Below, piece by piece: positions 20,119 through 31,812 of a stretch of 64,000 bases of DNA (positions within the stretch are counted from its first letter, which is position 1; each line of letters begins with the position of its first letter). Source of the stretch: Escherichia coli (lineage in GTDB: Bacteria; Pseudomonadota; Gammaproteobacteria; Enterobacterales; Enterobacteriaceae); NCBI RefSeq assembly GCF_051903065.1, contig NZ_CP178438.1. One strand, given 5' to 3'. The translations under genes and the position numbers were made by a program. The notes under the pieces were generated by a model. That model did no database searches. It was not told the DNA's origin and worked only from the letters and a program-made list of their open reading frames with translations.

Positions 20119-20658
20119 ATGAAAAGGAAGAGATTATTTCTATTAGCGTCGTTGCTGCCAATGTTTGCTCTGGCCGGAAATAAATGGAATACCACGCTGC
20201 CCGGCGGAAATATGCAATTTCAGGGCGTCATTATTGCGGAAACTTGCCGGATTGAAGCCGGTGATAAACAAATGACGGTCAATATGGGGCAAATCAGCAG
20301 TAACCGGTTTCATGCGGTTGGGGAAGATAGCGCACCGGTGCCTTTTGTTATTCATTTACGGGAATGTAGCACGGTGGTGAGTGAACGTGTAGGTGTGGCG
20401 TTTCACGGTGTCGCGGATGGTAAAAATCCGGATGTGCTTTCCGTGGGAGAGGGGCCAGGGATAGCCACCAATATTGGCGTAGCGTTGTTTGATGATGAAG
20501 GAAACCTCGTACCGATTAATCGTCCTCCAGCAAACTGGAAACGGCTTTACTCAGGCTCTACTTCGCTACATTTCATCGCCAAATATCGTGCTACCGGGCG
20601 TCGGGTTACTGGCGGCATCGCCAATGCCCAGGCCTGGTTCTCTTTAACCTATCAGTAA
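20119..20658 (+). CDS. fimI: Fimbrial protein FimI
   Basis: [19 protein letters not shown] signal peptide, pilin-like C-terminus ...SLTYQ. Confidence 0.9.
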
Positions 20659-20694
20659 TTGTTCAGCAGATAATGTGATAACAGGAACAGGACA

Positions 20695-21420
20695 GTGAGT
20701 AATAAAAACGTCAATGTAAGGAAATCGCAGGAAATAACATTCTGCTTGCTGGCAGGTATCCTGATGTTCATGGCAATGATGGTTGCCGGACGCGCTGAAG
20801 CGGGAGTGGCCTTAGGTGCGACTCGCGTAATTTATCCGGCAGGGCAAAAACAAGTGCAACTTGCCGTGACAAATAATGATGAAAATAGCACCTATTTAAT
20901 TCAATCATGGGTGGAAAATGCCGATGGTGTAAAGGATGGTCGTTTTATCGTGACGCCTCCTCTGTTTGCGATGAAGGGAAAAAAAGAGAATACCTTGCGT
21001 ATTCTTGATGCAACAAATAACCAATTGCCACAGGACCGGGAAAGTTTATTCTGGATGAACGTTAAAGCGATTCCGTCAATGGATAAATCAAAATTGACTG
21101 AGAATATGCTACAGCTCGCAATTATCAGCCGCATTAAACTGTACTATCGTCCGGCTAAATTAGCGTTGCCACCCGATCAGGCCGCAGAAAAATTAAGATT
21201 TCGTCGTAGCGCGAATTCTCTGACGCTGATTAACCCGACACCCTATTACCTGACGGTAACAGAGTTGAATGCCGGAGCCCGGGTTCTTGAAAATGCCTTG
21301 GTGCCTCCAATGGGCGAAAGCACGGTTAAATTGCCTTCTGATGCAGGAAGCAATATTACTTACCGAACAATAAATGATTATGGCGCACTTACCCCCAAAA
21401 TGACGGGCGTAATGGAATAA
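20695..21420 (+). CDS. fimC: Periplasmic pilus chaperone FimC, 241 aa (GTG start)
   Basis: Matches K-12 FimC N-terminus MSNKNVNVRKSQEITFCLLAGIL. Confidence 0.95.
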   Translation: MSNKNVNVRKSQEITFCLLAGILMFMAMMVAGRAEAGVALGATRVIYPAGQKQVQLAVTNNDENSTYLIQSWVENADGVKDGRFIVTPPLFAMKGKKENTLRILDATNNQLPQDRESLFWMNVKAIPSMDKSKLTENMLQLAIISRIKLYYRPAKLALPPDQAAEKLRFRRSANSLTLINPTPYYLTVTELNAGARVLENALVPPMGESTVKLPSDAGSNITYRTINDYGALTPKMTGVME

Positions 21421-21486
21421 CGCAGGGGGAATTTTTCGCCTGAATAAAAAGAATTGACTGCCGGGTGATTTTAAACCGGAGGAATA

Positions 21487-24123
21487 ATGTCATATCTGAA
21501 TTTAAGACTTTACCAGCGAAACACACAATGCTTGCATATTCGTAAGCATCGTTTGGCTGGTTTTTTTGTCCGGCTCTTTGTCGCCTGTGCTTTTGCCGCA
21601 CAGGCACCTTTGTCATCTGCCGAACTCTATTTTAATCCGCGCTTTTTAGCGGATGATCCCCAGGCTGTGGCCGATTTATCGCGTTTTGAAAATGGGCAAG
21701 AATTACCGCCAGGGACGTATCGTGTCGATATCTATTTGAATAATGGTTATATGGCAACGCGTGATGTCACATTTAATACGGGCGACAGCGAACAAGGGAT
21801 TGTTCCCTGCCTGACACGCGCGCAACTTGCCAGTATGGGGCTGAATACGGCTTCTGTCTCCGGTATGAATCTGCTGGCGGATGATGCCTGCGTGCCATTA
21901 ACCTCCATGATCCATGACGCTACTGCGCATTTAGATGTTGGTCAGCAGCGACTCAACCTGACGATCCCTCAGGCATTTATGAGTAATCGCGCGCGTGGTT
22001 ATATTCCTCCTGAGTTATGGGATCCCGGTATTAATGCCGGATTGCTCAATTATAATTTCAGCGGAAATAGTGTACAGAATCGGATTGGGGGTAACAGCCA
22101 TTATGCATATTTAAACCTACAGAGTGGGTTAAATATTGGTGCGTGGCGTTTACGCGACAATACCAGCTGGAGTTATAACAGTAGCGACAGATCATCAGGT
22201 AGCAAAAATAAATGGCAGCATATCAATACCTGGCTTGAGCGAGACATAATACCGTTACGTTCCCGGCTGACGCTGGGTGATGGTTATACTCAGGGCGATA
22301 TTTTCGATGGTATTAACTTTCGCGGCGCACAATTGGCCTCAGATGACAATATGTTACCCGATAGCCAAAGAGGATTTGCCCCGGTGATCCACGGTATTGC
22401 TCGTGGTACTGCACAGGTCACTATTAAACAAAATGGGTATGACATTTATAATAGTACGGTGCCGCCGGGGCCTTTTACCATCAACGATATCTATGCCGCA
22501 GGTAATAGTGGTGACTTGCAGGTAACGATTAAAGAGGCTGACGGCAGCACGCAGATTTTTACCGTACCCTATTCGTCAGTCCCGCTTTTGCAACGTGAAG
22601 GGCATACTCGTTATTCCATTACGGCAGGAGAATACCGTAGTGGAAATGCGCAACAGGAAAAACCCCGCTTTTTCCAAAGTACATTACTCCACGGCCTTCC
22701 GGCTGGCTGGACAATATATGGTGGAACGCAACTGGCAGATCGTTATCGTGCTTTTAATTTCGGTATCGGGAAAAACATGGGGGCACTGGGCGCTCTGTCT
22801 GTGGATATGACGCAGGCTAATTCCACACTTCCCGATGACAGTCAGCATGACGGACAATCGGTGCGTTTTCTCTATAACAAATCGCTCAATGAGTCAGGCA
22901 CGAATATTCAGTTAGTGGGTTACCGTTATTCGACCAGCGGATATTTAAATTTCGCTGATACAACATACAGTCGAATGAATGGCTACAACATCGAAACACA
23001 GGATGGAGTTATTCAGGTTAAGCCGAAATTCACCGACTATTACAACCTCGCTTATAACAAACGCGGGAAATTACAGCTCACCGTTACTCAGCAACTCGGG
23101 CGCACATCAACACTGTATTTGAGTGGTAGCCATCAAACTTATTGGGGAACGAGTAATGTCGATGAGCAATTCCAGGCTGGTTTAAATACTGCGTTCGAAG
23201 ATATCAACTGGACGCTCAGCTATAGCCTGACGAAAAACGCCTGGCAAAAAGGACGGGATCAGATGTTAGCGCTTAACGTCAATATTCCTTTCAGCCACTG
23301 GCTGCGTTCTGACAGTAAATCTCAGTGGCGACATGCCAGTGCCAGCTACAGCATGTCACACGATCTCAACGGTCGGATGACCAATCTGGCTGGTGTATAC
23401 GGTACGTTGCTGGAAGACAACAACCTCAGTTATAGCGTGCAAACCGGCTATGCCGGGGGAGGCGATGGTAATAGCGGAAGTACAGGCTACGCCACGCTGA
23501 ATTATCGCGGTGGTTACGGCAATGCCAATATCGGTTACAGCCATAGCGATGATATTAAGCAGCTCTATTACGGAGTCAGCGGTGGGGTACTGGCTCATGC
23601 TAATGGCGTAACGCTGGGGCAGCCGTTAAACGATACGGTGGTGCTTGTTAAAGCGCCTGGCGCAAAAGATGCAAAAGTCGAAAACCAGACGGGGGTGCGT
23701 ACCGACTGGCGCGGTTATGCCGTGCTGCCTTATGCCACCGAATATCGGGAAAACAGAGTGGCGCTGGATACCAATACCCTGGCTGATAACGTCGATTTAG
23801 ATAACGCGGTCGCTAACGTTGTTCCCACTCGTGGGGCGATCGTGCGAGCAGAGTTTAAAGCGCGCGTTGGGATAAAACTGCTCATGACGCTAACCCACAA
23901 TAATAAGCCGCTGCCGTTTGGGGCGATGGTGACATCAGAGAGTAGCCAGAGTAGCGGCATTGTTGCGGATAATGGTCAGGTTTACCTCAGCGGAATGCCT
24001 TTAGCGGGAAAAGTTCAGGTGAAATGGGGAGAAGAGGAAAATGCTCACTGTGTCGCCAATTATCAACTGCCACCAGAGAGTCAGCAGCAGTTATTAACCC
24101 AGCTATCAGCTGAATGTCGTTAA
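21487..24123 (+). CDS. fimD: Outer-membrane usher FimD, 878 aa
   Basis: Length and position between fimC and fimF; usher-type sequence. Confidence 0.95.
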   Translation: MSYLNLRLYQRNTQCLHIRKHRLAGFFVRLFVACAFAAQAPLSSAELYFNPRFLADDPQAVADLSRFENGQELPPGTYRVDIYLNNGYMATRDVTFNTGDSEQGIVPCLTRAQLASMGLNTASVSGMNLLADDACVPLTSMIHDATAHLDVGQQRLNLTIPQAFMSNRARGYIPPELWDPGINAGLLNYNFSGNSVQNRIGGNSHYAYLNLQSGLNIGAWRLRDNTSWSYNSSDRSSGSKNKWQHINTWLERDIIPLRSRLTLGDGYTQGDIFDGINFRGAQLASDDNMLPDSQRGFAPVIHGIARGTAQVTIKQNGYDIYNSTVPPGPFTINDIYAAGNSGDLQVTIKEADGSTQIFTVPYSSVPLLQREGHTRYSITAGEYRSGNAQQEKPRFFQSTLLHGLPAGWTIYGGTQLADRYRAFNFGIGKNMGALGALSVDMTQANSTLPDDSQHDGQSVRFLYNKSLNESGTNIQLVGYRYSTSGYLNFADTTYSRMNGYNIETQDGVIQVKPKFTDYYNLAYNKRGKLQLTVTQQLGRTSTLYLSGSHQTYWGTSNVDEQFQAGLNTAFEDINWTLSYSLTKNAWQKGRDQMLALNVNIPFSHWLRSDSKSQWRHASASYSMSHDLNGRMTNLAGVYGTLLEDNNLSYSVQTGYAGGGDGNSGSTGYATLNYRGGYGNANIGYSHSDDIKQLYYGVSGGVLAHANGVTLGQPLNDTVVLVKAPGAKDAKVENQTGVRTDWRGYAVLPYATEYRENRVALDTNTLADNVDLDNAVANVVPTRGAIVRAEFKARVGIKLLMTLTHNNKPLPFGAMVTSESSQSSGIVADNGQVYLSGMPLAGKVQVKWGEEENAHCVANYQLPPESQQQLLTQLSAECR

Positions 24124-24132
24124 GGGGGCGTG

Positions 24133-24663
24133 ATGAGAAACAAACCTTTTTATCTTCTGTGCGCTTTTTTGTGGCTGGCGGTGAGTCACGCTTTGGCTGC
24201 GGATAGCACGATTACTATCCGCGGCTATGTCAGAGATAACGGCTGTAGTGTGGCCGCTGAATCAACCAATTTTACTGTTGATTTGATGGAAAACGCGGCG
24301 AAGCAATTTAACAACATTGGCGCGACGACTCCTGTCGTTCCATTTCGTATTTTGCTGTCACCCTGTGGTAATGCCGTTTCTGCCGTAAAAGTTGGGTTTA
24401 CCGGTGTTGCAGATAGCCACAATGCCAACCTGCTTGCACTTGAAAATACGGTGTCAGCGGCTTCGGGACTGGGAATACAGCTTCTGAATGAGCAGCAAAA
24501 TCAGATACCCCTTAATGCTCCATCGTCCGCGCTTTCGTGGACGACCCTGACGCCGGGTAAACCAAATACGCTGAATTTTTACGCCCGGCTAATGGCGACA
24601 CAGGTGCCTGTCACTGCGGGGCATATCAATGCCACGGCTACCTTCACTCTTGAATATCAGTAA
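24133..24663 (+). CDS. fimF: Minor fimbrial subunit FimF
   Basis: [22 protein letters not shown] signal peptide; C-terminal ...TLEYQ. Confidence 0.9.
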   Translation: MRNKPFYLLCAFLWLAVSHALAADSTITIRGYVRDNGCSVAAESTNFTVDLMENAAKQFNNIGATTPVVPFRILLSPCGNAVSAVKVGFTGVADSHNANLLALENTVSAASGLGIQLLNEQQNQIPLNAPSSALSWTTLTPGKPNTLNFYARLMATQVPVTAGHINATATFTLEYQ

Positions 24664-24675
24664 CTGGAGATGCTC

Positions 24676-25179
24676 ATGAAATGGCGCAAACGTGGGTATT
24701 TATTGGCGGCAATATTGGCGCTCGCAAGTGCGACGATACAGGCAGCCGATGTCACCATCACGGTGAACGGTAAGGTCGTCGCCAAACCGTGCACAGTTTC
24801 CACCACCAATGCCACGGTTGATCTCGGCGATCTTTATTCTTTCAGTCTGATGTCTGCCGGGGCGGCATCGGCCTGGCATGATGTTGCGCTTGAGTTGACT
24901 AATTGTCCGGTGGGAACGTCGAGGGTCACTGCCAGCTTCAGCGGGGCAGCCGACAGTACCGGATATTATAAAAACCAGGGGACCGCGCAAAACATCCAGT
25001 TAGAGCTACAGGATGACAGTGGCAACACATTGAATACTGGCGCAACCAAAACAGTTCAGGTGGATGATTCCTCACAATCAGCGCACTTCCCGTTACAGGT
25101 CAGAGCATTGACGGTAAATGGCGGAGCCACTCAGGGAACCATTCAGGCAGTGATTAGCATCACCTATACCTACAGCTGA
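24676..25179 (+). CDS. fimG: Minor fimbrial subunit FimG
   Basis: MKWRKRGYLLAAILALASATIQA signal peptide; pilin fold. Confidence 0.9.
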   Translation: MKWRKRGYLLAAILALASATIQAADVTITVNGKVVAKPCTVSTTNATVDLGDLYSFSLMSAGAASAWHDVALELTNCPVGTSRVTASFSGAADSTGYYKNQGTAQNIQLELQDDSGNTLNTGATKTVQVDDSSQSAHFPLQVRALTVNGGATQGTIQAVISITYTYS

Positions 25180-25198
25180 ACCCGAAGAGATGATTGTA

Positions 25199-26101
25199 AT
25201 GAAACGAGTTATTACCCTGTTTGCTGTACTGCTGATGGGCTGGTCGGTAAATGCCTGGTCATTCGCCTGTAAAACCGCCAATGGTACCGCTATCCCTATT
25301 GGCGGTGGCAGCGCCAATGTTTATGTAAATCTTGCGCCCGCCGTGAATGTGGGGCAAAACCTGGTCGTAGATCTTTCGACGCAAATCTTTTGCCATAACG
25401 ATTATCCGGAAACCATTACAGACTATGTCACACTGCAACGAGGCTCGGCTTATGGCGGCGTGTTATCTAATTTTTCCGGGACCGTAAAATATAGTGGCAG
25501 TAGCTATCCATTTCCGACCACCAGCGAAACGCCGCGGGTTGTTTATAATTCGAGAACGGATAAGCCGTGGCCGGTGGCGCTTTATTTGACGCCTGTGAGC
25601 AGTGCGGGCGGGGTGGCGATTAAAGCTGGCTCATTAATTGCCGTGCTTATTTTGCGACAGACCAACAACTATAACAGCGATGATTTCCAGTTTGTGTGGA
25701 ATATTTACGCCAATAATGATGTGGTGGTGCCTACTGGCGGCTGCGATGTTTCTGCTCGTGATGTCACCGTTACTCTGCCGGACTACCCTGGTTCAGTGCC
25801 AATTCCTCTTACCGTTTATTGTGCGAAAAGCCAAAACCTGGGGTATTACCTCTCCGGCACAACCGCAGATGCGGGCAACTCGATTTTCACCAATACCGCG
25901 TCGTTTTCACCAGCGCAGGGCGTCGGCGTACAGTTGACGCGCAACGGTACGATTATTCCAGCGAATAACACGGTATCGTTAGGAGCAGTAGGGACTTCGG
26001 CGGTAAGTCTGGGATTAACGGCAAATTACGCACGTACCGGCGGGCAGGTGACTGCAGGGAATGTGCAATCGATTATTGGCGTGACTTTTGTTTATCAATA
26101 A
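25199..26101 (+). CDS. fimH: Mannose-binding adhesin FimH, 300 aa
   Basis: MKRVITLFAVLLMGWSVNAWS then mature FACKTANGTAIPIGGG...; carries Ala27, Asn70 and Ser78 in mature numbering, which I recall as the K-12-like allele. Confidence 0.95.
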   Translation: MKRVITLFAVLLMGWSVNAWSFACKTANGTAIPIGGGSANVYVNLAPAVNVGQNLVVDLSTQIFCHNDYPETITDYVTLQRGSAYGGVLSNFSGTVKYSGSSYPFPTTSETPRVVYNSRTDKPWPVALYLTPVSSAGGVAIKAGSLIAVLILRQTNNYNSDDFQFVWNIYANNDVVVPTGGCDVSARDVTVTLPDYPGSVPIPLTVYCAKSQNLGYYLSGTTADAGNSIFTNTASFSPAQGVGVQLTRNGTIIPANNTVSLGAVGTSAVSLGLTANYARTGGQVTAGNVQSIIGVTFVYQ

Positions 26102-26167
26102 AGAAATCACAGGGCATTGCTAATGCAGGTACGCAAATATTACCTGAAGCTAAAAACCTGCACGTTA

Positions 26168-26215
26168 GCCCTTTGTAGGCCAGATAAGACGCGTCAGCGT
26201 CGCATCTGGCATAAA
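26168..26215. repeat. REP (repetitive extragenic palindrome)-like element between fimH and gntP
   Basis: GCCCTTTGTAGGCCAGATAAGACGCGTCAGCGTCGCATCTGGC has the characteristic REP dyad. Confidence 0.6.
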
Positions 26216-26244
26216 CAAAGCGCACTTTGCCGACAATCCGAACT

Positions 26245-26277
26245 GAGCCTGCCATTGGCAGGCTCTGGTGTTCTTTT
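26245..26277 (+). terminator. Rho-independent terminator candidate at the end of the fim operon (9-bp stem GAGCCTGCC/GGCAGGCTC followed by a T-rich tract)
   Basis: Hairpin then TGGTGTTCTTTT, read directly. Confidence 0.55.
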
Positions 26278-27619
26278 ACGCTACCATGCTAATAATCAAC
26301 ACAATAATCAGCCCAACCACGGAGTTGACCAGCTCCAGCAGTCCCCAGGTTTTCAACGTGTCTTTTACTGACAGGTCAAAGTAACCTTTGAACAGCCAGA
26401 ATGAGGCATCATTAATGTGGGTGAGGGTGTTGGAACCCGCAGCCGTCGCCAGCACCAGCAGCGCCGGATTCACGCCAATCAGCTGACCAGTTGCTGGATC
26501 AAGGATTGCAGCACTGATAATCCCGGCGGCGGTCATCGCCGAAACGACACCCTGACCCGTCGCCAGACGAATTAGCACAGTGATCAGCCATGCCATAATG
26601 TAGGGCGAGATATTGCCGTGGGACATCAACATGCCGATGGTGTCGCCAATGCCGGTGTCGATGATAGTTTGCTTCAGCACGCCACCCGCACCGATGATCA
26701 GAATCACCATTGCAATGCTTTTCACCGCACTTTCAAAAGCGTTCATCACCCATTGCATGTCATGACCACGTGCGGTGCCAAAGAGTACGAATGCAACCAC
26801 CATCGCAATAAACATTGCAATCGGCGAGGAACCGATAAAGTTAACCACTTCCCAGGCAGGGGTATCTTTTACCAGCCAGATATTGGCGATGGTGGTAGAG
26901 ATCATAATGATCGCCGGGATCAGCGGCACCAGAATCGAAACGCCGAAAGAGGGCAGATTGTTCATATCTACCGGTTGATCTGCTTTCAGGAATGATGGCG
27001 TTGGGCGCTCAAGATTGCCGAGGAACTTCGGCAGGATCAGACCTGCGCAGATTACACTTGGGATCGTCACCAGTACGCCATAGATATAAACCATCCCCAT
27101 ATCTGCGCCATAAGCATTCACCAGCGCCACCGGACCCGGCTGCGGTGGGAACAGTGAATGTGCGGTAGTGGCAGCTGCTACTGCCGGGATCGCCAGTTTC
27201 AGGAACGGAATTTTAGCTTCGGCGGCAATAACAATAACCAGCGGCGCTAACATGATAAAGGCCACTTCATAGAACATCGCCAGACCAAAAATCAGGCCGA
27301 TGATAATCACTGACAGCTGTACATAGCGCAGACCGAGACGCGCCAGCAACGTATGCGCTATCTGGTGAGCCGCGCCGGAGTCGACCATCAATTTACCGAT
27401 GACCGCACCGAACACCACGATGATAGCCAGTTCCCCCAGCGTGTTGCCGAAGCCCGCTTTCATGGTGTGCAGCAGCGACATCAAATCCATGCCCGCCAGC
27501 ATCCCGACGGACAGCGCCGCCACCAACAAAGCCACCATTGAATTGATTTTGAACTTCAAATTCAGTACCAGCATCAGACCAATGCCGAATACCACCCAGA
27601 GAATGTTAAGCACATGCAT
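26276..27619 (-). CDS. gntP: High-affinity gluconate/fructuronate permease GntP, 447 aa
   Basis: Gluconate:H+ symporter (GntP) family membrane protein, length as in K-12, upstream of uxuA. Confidence 0.9.
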   Translation of the reverse strand: MHVLNILWVVFGIGLMLVLNLKFKINSMVALLVAALSVGMLAGMDLMSLLHTMKAGFGNTLGELAIIVVFGAVIGKLMVDSGAAHQIAHTLLARLGLRYVQLSVIIIGLIFGLAMFYEVAFIMLAPLVIVIAAEAKIPFLKLAIPAVAAATTAHSLFPPQPGPVALVNAYGADMGMVYIYGVLVTIPSVICAGLILPKFLGNLERPTPSFLKADQPVDMNNLPSFGVSILVPLIPAIIMISTTIANIWLVKDTPAWEVVNFIGSSPIAMFIAMVVAFVLFGTARGHDMQWVMNAFESAVKSIAMVILIIGAGGVLKQTIIDTGIGDTIGMLMSHGNISPYIMAWLITVLIRLATGQGVVSAMTAAGIISAAILDPATGQLIGVNPALLVLATAAGSNTLTHINDASFWLFKGYFDLSVKDTLKTWGLLELVNSVVGLIIVLIISMVA

Positions 27620-27777
27620 AACGTTTTACCTTACCTGGTTGAACCGTTGTTATTTTGGGCGACATGTTATGTAAATTGGTCAACCATTGTTGCGATGAAT
27701 GTCACATCCTCTGATCAATAACCATCGATTACCCTTTGCTGCAATTTGCAGCAACAACCAGGAGAGTGAAATTCTTG

Positions 27778-27799
27778 TGATGTGGTTAACCAATTTTAG
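27778..27799. promoter_or_regulatory. Putative UxuR/ExuR operator (palindrome TGGTTAACCAATTT) upstream of uxuA, next to a TTGACA -35-like hexamer
   Basis: Palindrome read directly; resembles the UxuR/ExuR consensus half-site ACCAATTT as recalled. Confidence 0.45.
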
Positions 27800-27958
27800 A
27801 ATTCGGGTTGACATGTCTTACCAAAAGGTAGAACTTATACGCCATCTCATCCGATGCAACGCCACGGCTGCGGTCTGGTTGTTCATCCGGATACCTAAAC
27901 AACTCCAGGGTTCCGCGTCTCTTTGCTGTGGAACCCACTATGTGAAAGAGGAAAAATC

Positions 27959-29143
27959 ATGGAACAGACCTGGCGCTGGTACGGCCCAAACGATCCGGTT
28001 TCTTTAGCTGATGTCCGTCAGGCGGGCGCAACTGGCGTGGTTACCGCGCTGCACCATATCCCGAACGGCGAAGTATGGTCCGTAGAAGAGATCCTCAAAC
28101 GCAAGGCGATCGTTGAAGACGCAGGCCTGGTGTGGTCTGTCGTAGAAAGCGTGCCAATTCATGAAGATATCAAAACCCATACCGGCAACTATGAGCAGTG
28201 GATCGCTAACTATCAGCAGACTCTGCGCAACCTGGCGCAGTGCGGCATTCGCACCGTGTGCTACAACTTCATGCCGGTGCTCGACTGGACCCGTACTGAC
28301 CTCGAATACGTGCTGCCAGACGGCTCCAAAGCTCTGCGCTTCGACCAGATCGAATTCGCTGCATTCGAAATGCATATCCTGAAACGTCCAGGCGCGGAAG
28401 CGGATTACACCGAAGAAGAAATTGCTCAGGCAGCTGAACGCTTCGCCACTATGAGCGACGAAGACAAAGCGCGTCTGACGCGTAACATCATTGCCGGTCT
28501 GCCGGGCGCGGAAGAAGGGTATACCCTCGACCAGTTCCGTAAGCACCTGGAGCTGTACAAAGATATCGATAAAGCGAAGCTGCGCGAAAACTTTGCCGTC
28601 TTCCTGAAAGCGATTATTCCAGTTGCTGAAGAAGTTGGCGTGCGTATGGCGGTTCACCCGGACGATCCGCCGCGCCCGATCCTTGGCCTGCCGCGCATTG
28701 TTTCCACCATTGAAGATATGCAGTGGATGGTTGATACCGTAAACAGCATGGCGAACGGTTTCACCATGTGCACCGGTTCCTACGGCGTGCGTGCTGACAA
28801 CGATCTGGTTGATATGATCAAGCAGTTCGGTCCGCGTATTTACTTCACCCATCTGCGCTCCACCATGCGTGAAGATAACCCGAAAACCTTCCACGAAGCG
28901 GCGCACCTGAACGGTGACGTTGATATGTACGAAGTGGTGAAAGCGATTGTTGAAGAAGAACACCGTCGTAAAGCGGAAGGCAAAGAAGACCTGATCCCGA
29001 TGCGTCCGGACCACGGTCATCAGATGCTGGACGACCTGAAGAAGAAAACCAACCCAGGTTACTCCGCAATTGGTCGTCTGAAAGGCCTGGCCGAAGTTCG
29101 CGGTGTCGAACTGGCGATCCAGCGCGCTTTCTTTAGCCGTTAA
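27959..29143 (+). CDS. uxuA: Mannonate dehydratase UxuA, 394 aa
   Basis: [28 protein letters not shown]...; start at the internal ATG of the longer ORF-track frame. Confidence 0.95.
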
Positions 29144-29223
29144 TATCCACCGGCATGGCTGCGCGCCGTGCCGGTTCCTTCTTCCTTGCCGTCACTCTCT
29201 GAAGACGGATTCTGGAGTTTACG

Positions 29224-30684
29224 ATGACTACTATTGTTGACAGCAATCTGCCGGTTGCCCGCCCGTCATGGGATCATTCTCGTCTGGAATCACGCATTGT
29301 GCATCTCGGTTGCGGGGCGTTTCACCGCGCGCACCAGGCGCTGTATACCCATCATCTGCTGGAAAGCACCGACAGCGACTGGGGCATCTGCGAAGTTAAC
29401 CTGATGCCAGGCAACGACCGCGTGCTGATCGAAAACCTGAAAAAACAGCAACTGCTGTACACCGTAGCGGAAAAAGGCGCAGAAAGCACCGAGCTGAAAA
29501 TTATCGGTTCGATGAAAGAAGCGCTGCATCCGGAAATCGACGGCTGCGAAGGTATTCTCAACGCGATGGCGCGTCCGCAAACGGCGATTGTCTCTCTAAC
29601 GGTCACGGAAAAAGGCTACTGCGCTGATGCGGCAAGCGGTCAACTGGATCTCAATAACTCGCTGATCAAGCACGATCTGGAAAACCCGACTGCGCCGAAG
29701 TCCGCGATTGGTTACATCGTCGAAGCCTTGCGTCTGCGTCGTGAAAAAGGGCTGAAAGCATTTACGGTGATGTCCTGCGATAACGTGCGTGAAAACGGTC
29801 ATGTGGCGAAGGTCGCGGTACTGGGGCTGGCTCAGGCGCGTGACCCGCAGCTAGCGGCATGGATTGAAGAGAACGTCACCTTCCCGTGCACCATGGTTGA
29901 CCGCATCGTTCCGGCGGCGACGCCAGAAACCTTACAGGAAATTGCTGACCAGCTGGGTGTTTACGACCCGTGCGCCATTGCCTGCGAACCGTTCCGTCAG
30001 TGGGTGATTGAAGATAACTTCGTTAATGGTCGTCCGGACTGGGATAAAGTGGGAGCACAGTTCGTTGCAGACGTTGTGCCGTTCGAAATGATGAAGCTGC
30101 GTATGCTGAACGGCAGCCACTCTTTCCTGGCATACCTCGGTTACCTCGGCGGCTATGAAACTATTGCCGACACCATGACTAACCCGGATTATCGCAAAGC
30201 GGCCTTCTCCCTGATGATGCAGGAACAAGCGCCAACGCTGTCGATGCCGGAAGGTACGGACCTGAACGCCTATGCGACGCTGCTGATCGAGCGTTTCAGC
30301 AACCCGTCTCTGCGTCACCGTACCTGGCAGATTGCGATGGACGGCAGCCAGAAGTTACCGCAGCGTCTGCTGGACCCGGTGCGTCTGCACCTGCAAAACG
30401 GCGGCAGCTGGCGTCACCTGGCGCTGGGCGTGGCTGGCTGGATGCGTTACACCCAGGGCGTGGATGAGCAGGGTAATGCCATTGACGTGGTCGACCCGAT
30501 GCTGGCCGAGTTCCAGAAGATTAACGCGCAGTATCAGGGCGCAGACCGCGTGAAAGCGCTGCTGGGCCTGAGCGGTATTTTTGCCGATGATCTGCCGCAA
30601 AATGCGGACTTTGTTGGCGCGGTGACTGCGGCATATCAGCAGCTGTGCGAACGCGGTGCGCGCGAGTGTGTGGCTGCGCTGTAA
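29224..30684 (+). CDS. uxuB: D-mannonate oxidoreductase UxuB, 486 aa
   Basis: Mannitol-dehydrogenase-family protein immediately downstream of uxuA. Confidence 0.95.
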   Translation: MTTIVDSNLPVARPSWDHSRLESRIVHLGCGAFHRAHQALYTHHLLESTDSDWGICEVNLMPGNDRVLIENLKKQQLLYTVAEKGAESTELKIIGSMKEALHPEIDGCEGILNAMARPQTAIVSLTVTEKGYCADAASGQLDLNNSLIKHDLENPTAPKSAIGYIVEALRLRREKGLKAFTVMSCDNVRENGHVAKVAVLGLAQARDPQLAAWIEENVTFPCTMVDRIVPAATPETLQEIADQLGVYDPCAIACEPFRQWVIEDNFVNGRPDWDKVGAQFVADVVPFEMMKLRMLNGSHSFLAYLGYLGGYETIADTMTNPDYRKAAFSLMMQEQAPTLSMPEGTDLNAYATLLIERFSNPSLRHRTWQIAMDGSQKLPQRLLDPVRLHLQNGGSWRHLALGVAGWMRYTQGVDEQGNAIDVVDPMLAEFQKINAQYQGADRVKALLGLSGIFADDLPQNADFVGAVTAAYQQLCERGARECVAAL

Positions 30685-30820
30685 CTAACTGATTACCCTA
30701 CAGACTTACTGGTCAATCAAACTGATATTTGGTTGACCAGTTTTCGTTTTTTTGCCCACCTGTACGTGCCAACTTCCAGTGCTAATGGTATAGTTTGAGA
30801 TTAACGGGGGCCGTAAAATT

Positions 30821-30862
30821 GCCCGTTGTAGGCCGGATAAGGCGTTCACGCCGCATCCGGCA
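30821..30862. repeat. REP element between uxuB and uxuR
   Basis: GCCCGTTGTAGGCCGGATAAGGCGTTCACGCCGCATCCGGCA, canonical REP sequence. Confidence 0.7.
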
Positions 30863-30898
30863 AAAATTTGATTAACCGCACCTAACGGACACAACACC

Positions 30899-31672
30899 AT
30901 GAAATCTGTCACCTCTGCGCAAAGACCTTACCAGGAAGTCGGGGCGATGATCCGCGATCTGATCATAAAGACGCCGTACAATCCTGGCGAACGGCTGCCG
31001 CCGGAGCGTGAAATTGCAGAAATGCTTGATGTCACGCGGACGGTGGTACGTGAAGCGCTGATCATGCTGGAGATCAAAGGGCTGGTGGAAGTGCGCCGGG
31101 GTGCCGGTATCTATGTTCTTGATAGCTCAGGCAGCCACAACACAGACAGTCCGGATGCCAACGTCTGCAATGATGCGGGTCCTTTTGAGCTGTTACAGGC
31201 GCGTCAGTTACTGGAAAGTAACATCGCCGAGTTTGCCGCCCTGCAGGCTACCCGCGAAGATATCGTCAAAATGCGTCAGGCATTGCAACTGGAAGAGCGT
31301 GAACTGGCTTCCAGTGCGCCGGGCAGCAGCGAAAGCGGTGACATGCAGTTCCATCTCGCTATTGCCGAAGCAACGCATAACAGCATGCTGGTGGAGCTGT
31401 TTCGTCAGTCCTGGCAGTGGCGGGAAAACAACCCAATGTGGATCCAGTTGCACAGCCATCTGGATGACAGCCTGTATCGCAAAGAGTGGTTGGGCGATCA
31501 CAAACAGATCCTCGCCGCGTTAATCAAAAAAGATGCCCGAGCGGCGAAGCTGGCAATGTGGCAGCATCTGGAAAACGTTAAGCAACGTCTGCTGGAATTC
31601 TCGAACGTTGACGATATTTATTTTGACGGCTATCTGTTTGATTCATGGCCGCTGGATAAAGTCGACGCCTGA
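30899..31672 (+). CDS. uxuR: GntR-family transcriptional repressor UxuR, 257 aa
   Basis: N-terminal helix-turn-helix (RLPPEREIAEMLDVTRTVVREAL) with FCD effector domain; conserved position. Confidence 0.95.
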   Translation: MKSVTSAQRPYQEVGAMIRDLIIKTPYNPGERLPPEREIAEMLDVTRTVVREALIMLEIKGLVEVRRGAGIYVLDSSGSHNTDSPDANVCNDAGPFELLQARQLLESNIAEFAALQATREDIVKMRQALQLEERELASSAPGSSESGDMQFHLAIAEATHNSMLVELFRQSWQWRENNPMWIQLHSHLDDSLYRKEWLGDHKQILAALIKKDARAAKLAMWQHLENVKQRLLEFSNVDDIYFDGYLFDSWPLDKVDA

Positions 31673-31685
31673 CTTATTATAATAA

Positions 31686-31716
31686 GCGCAAGGGTAAACG
31701 TTCCTTGCGCTTTCTT
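31686..31716 (+). terminator. Rho-independent terminator downstream of uxuR (8-bp stem GCGCAAGG/CCTTGCGC plus TTTCTT)
   Basis: Hairpin and T-tract read directly. Confidence 0.7.
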
Positions 31717-31812
31717 AAATTAAGAAGTCGCAATGAGTATTACTTTGTAAATTGCAGGGTATTGTTTAAATATCTGTATAACCTGAATATTAGTACTCAT
31801 TCTTCTCAGTGG

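Noticed and set aside
28004-29020. 338-aa ORF antisense to uxuA
   Set aside because: Fully antisense to the well-conserved uxuA; long antisense frames are common in GC-rich genes. The translation is Arg/His-rich with no motifs.
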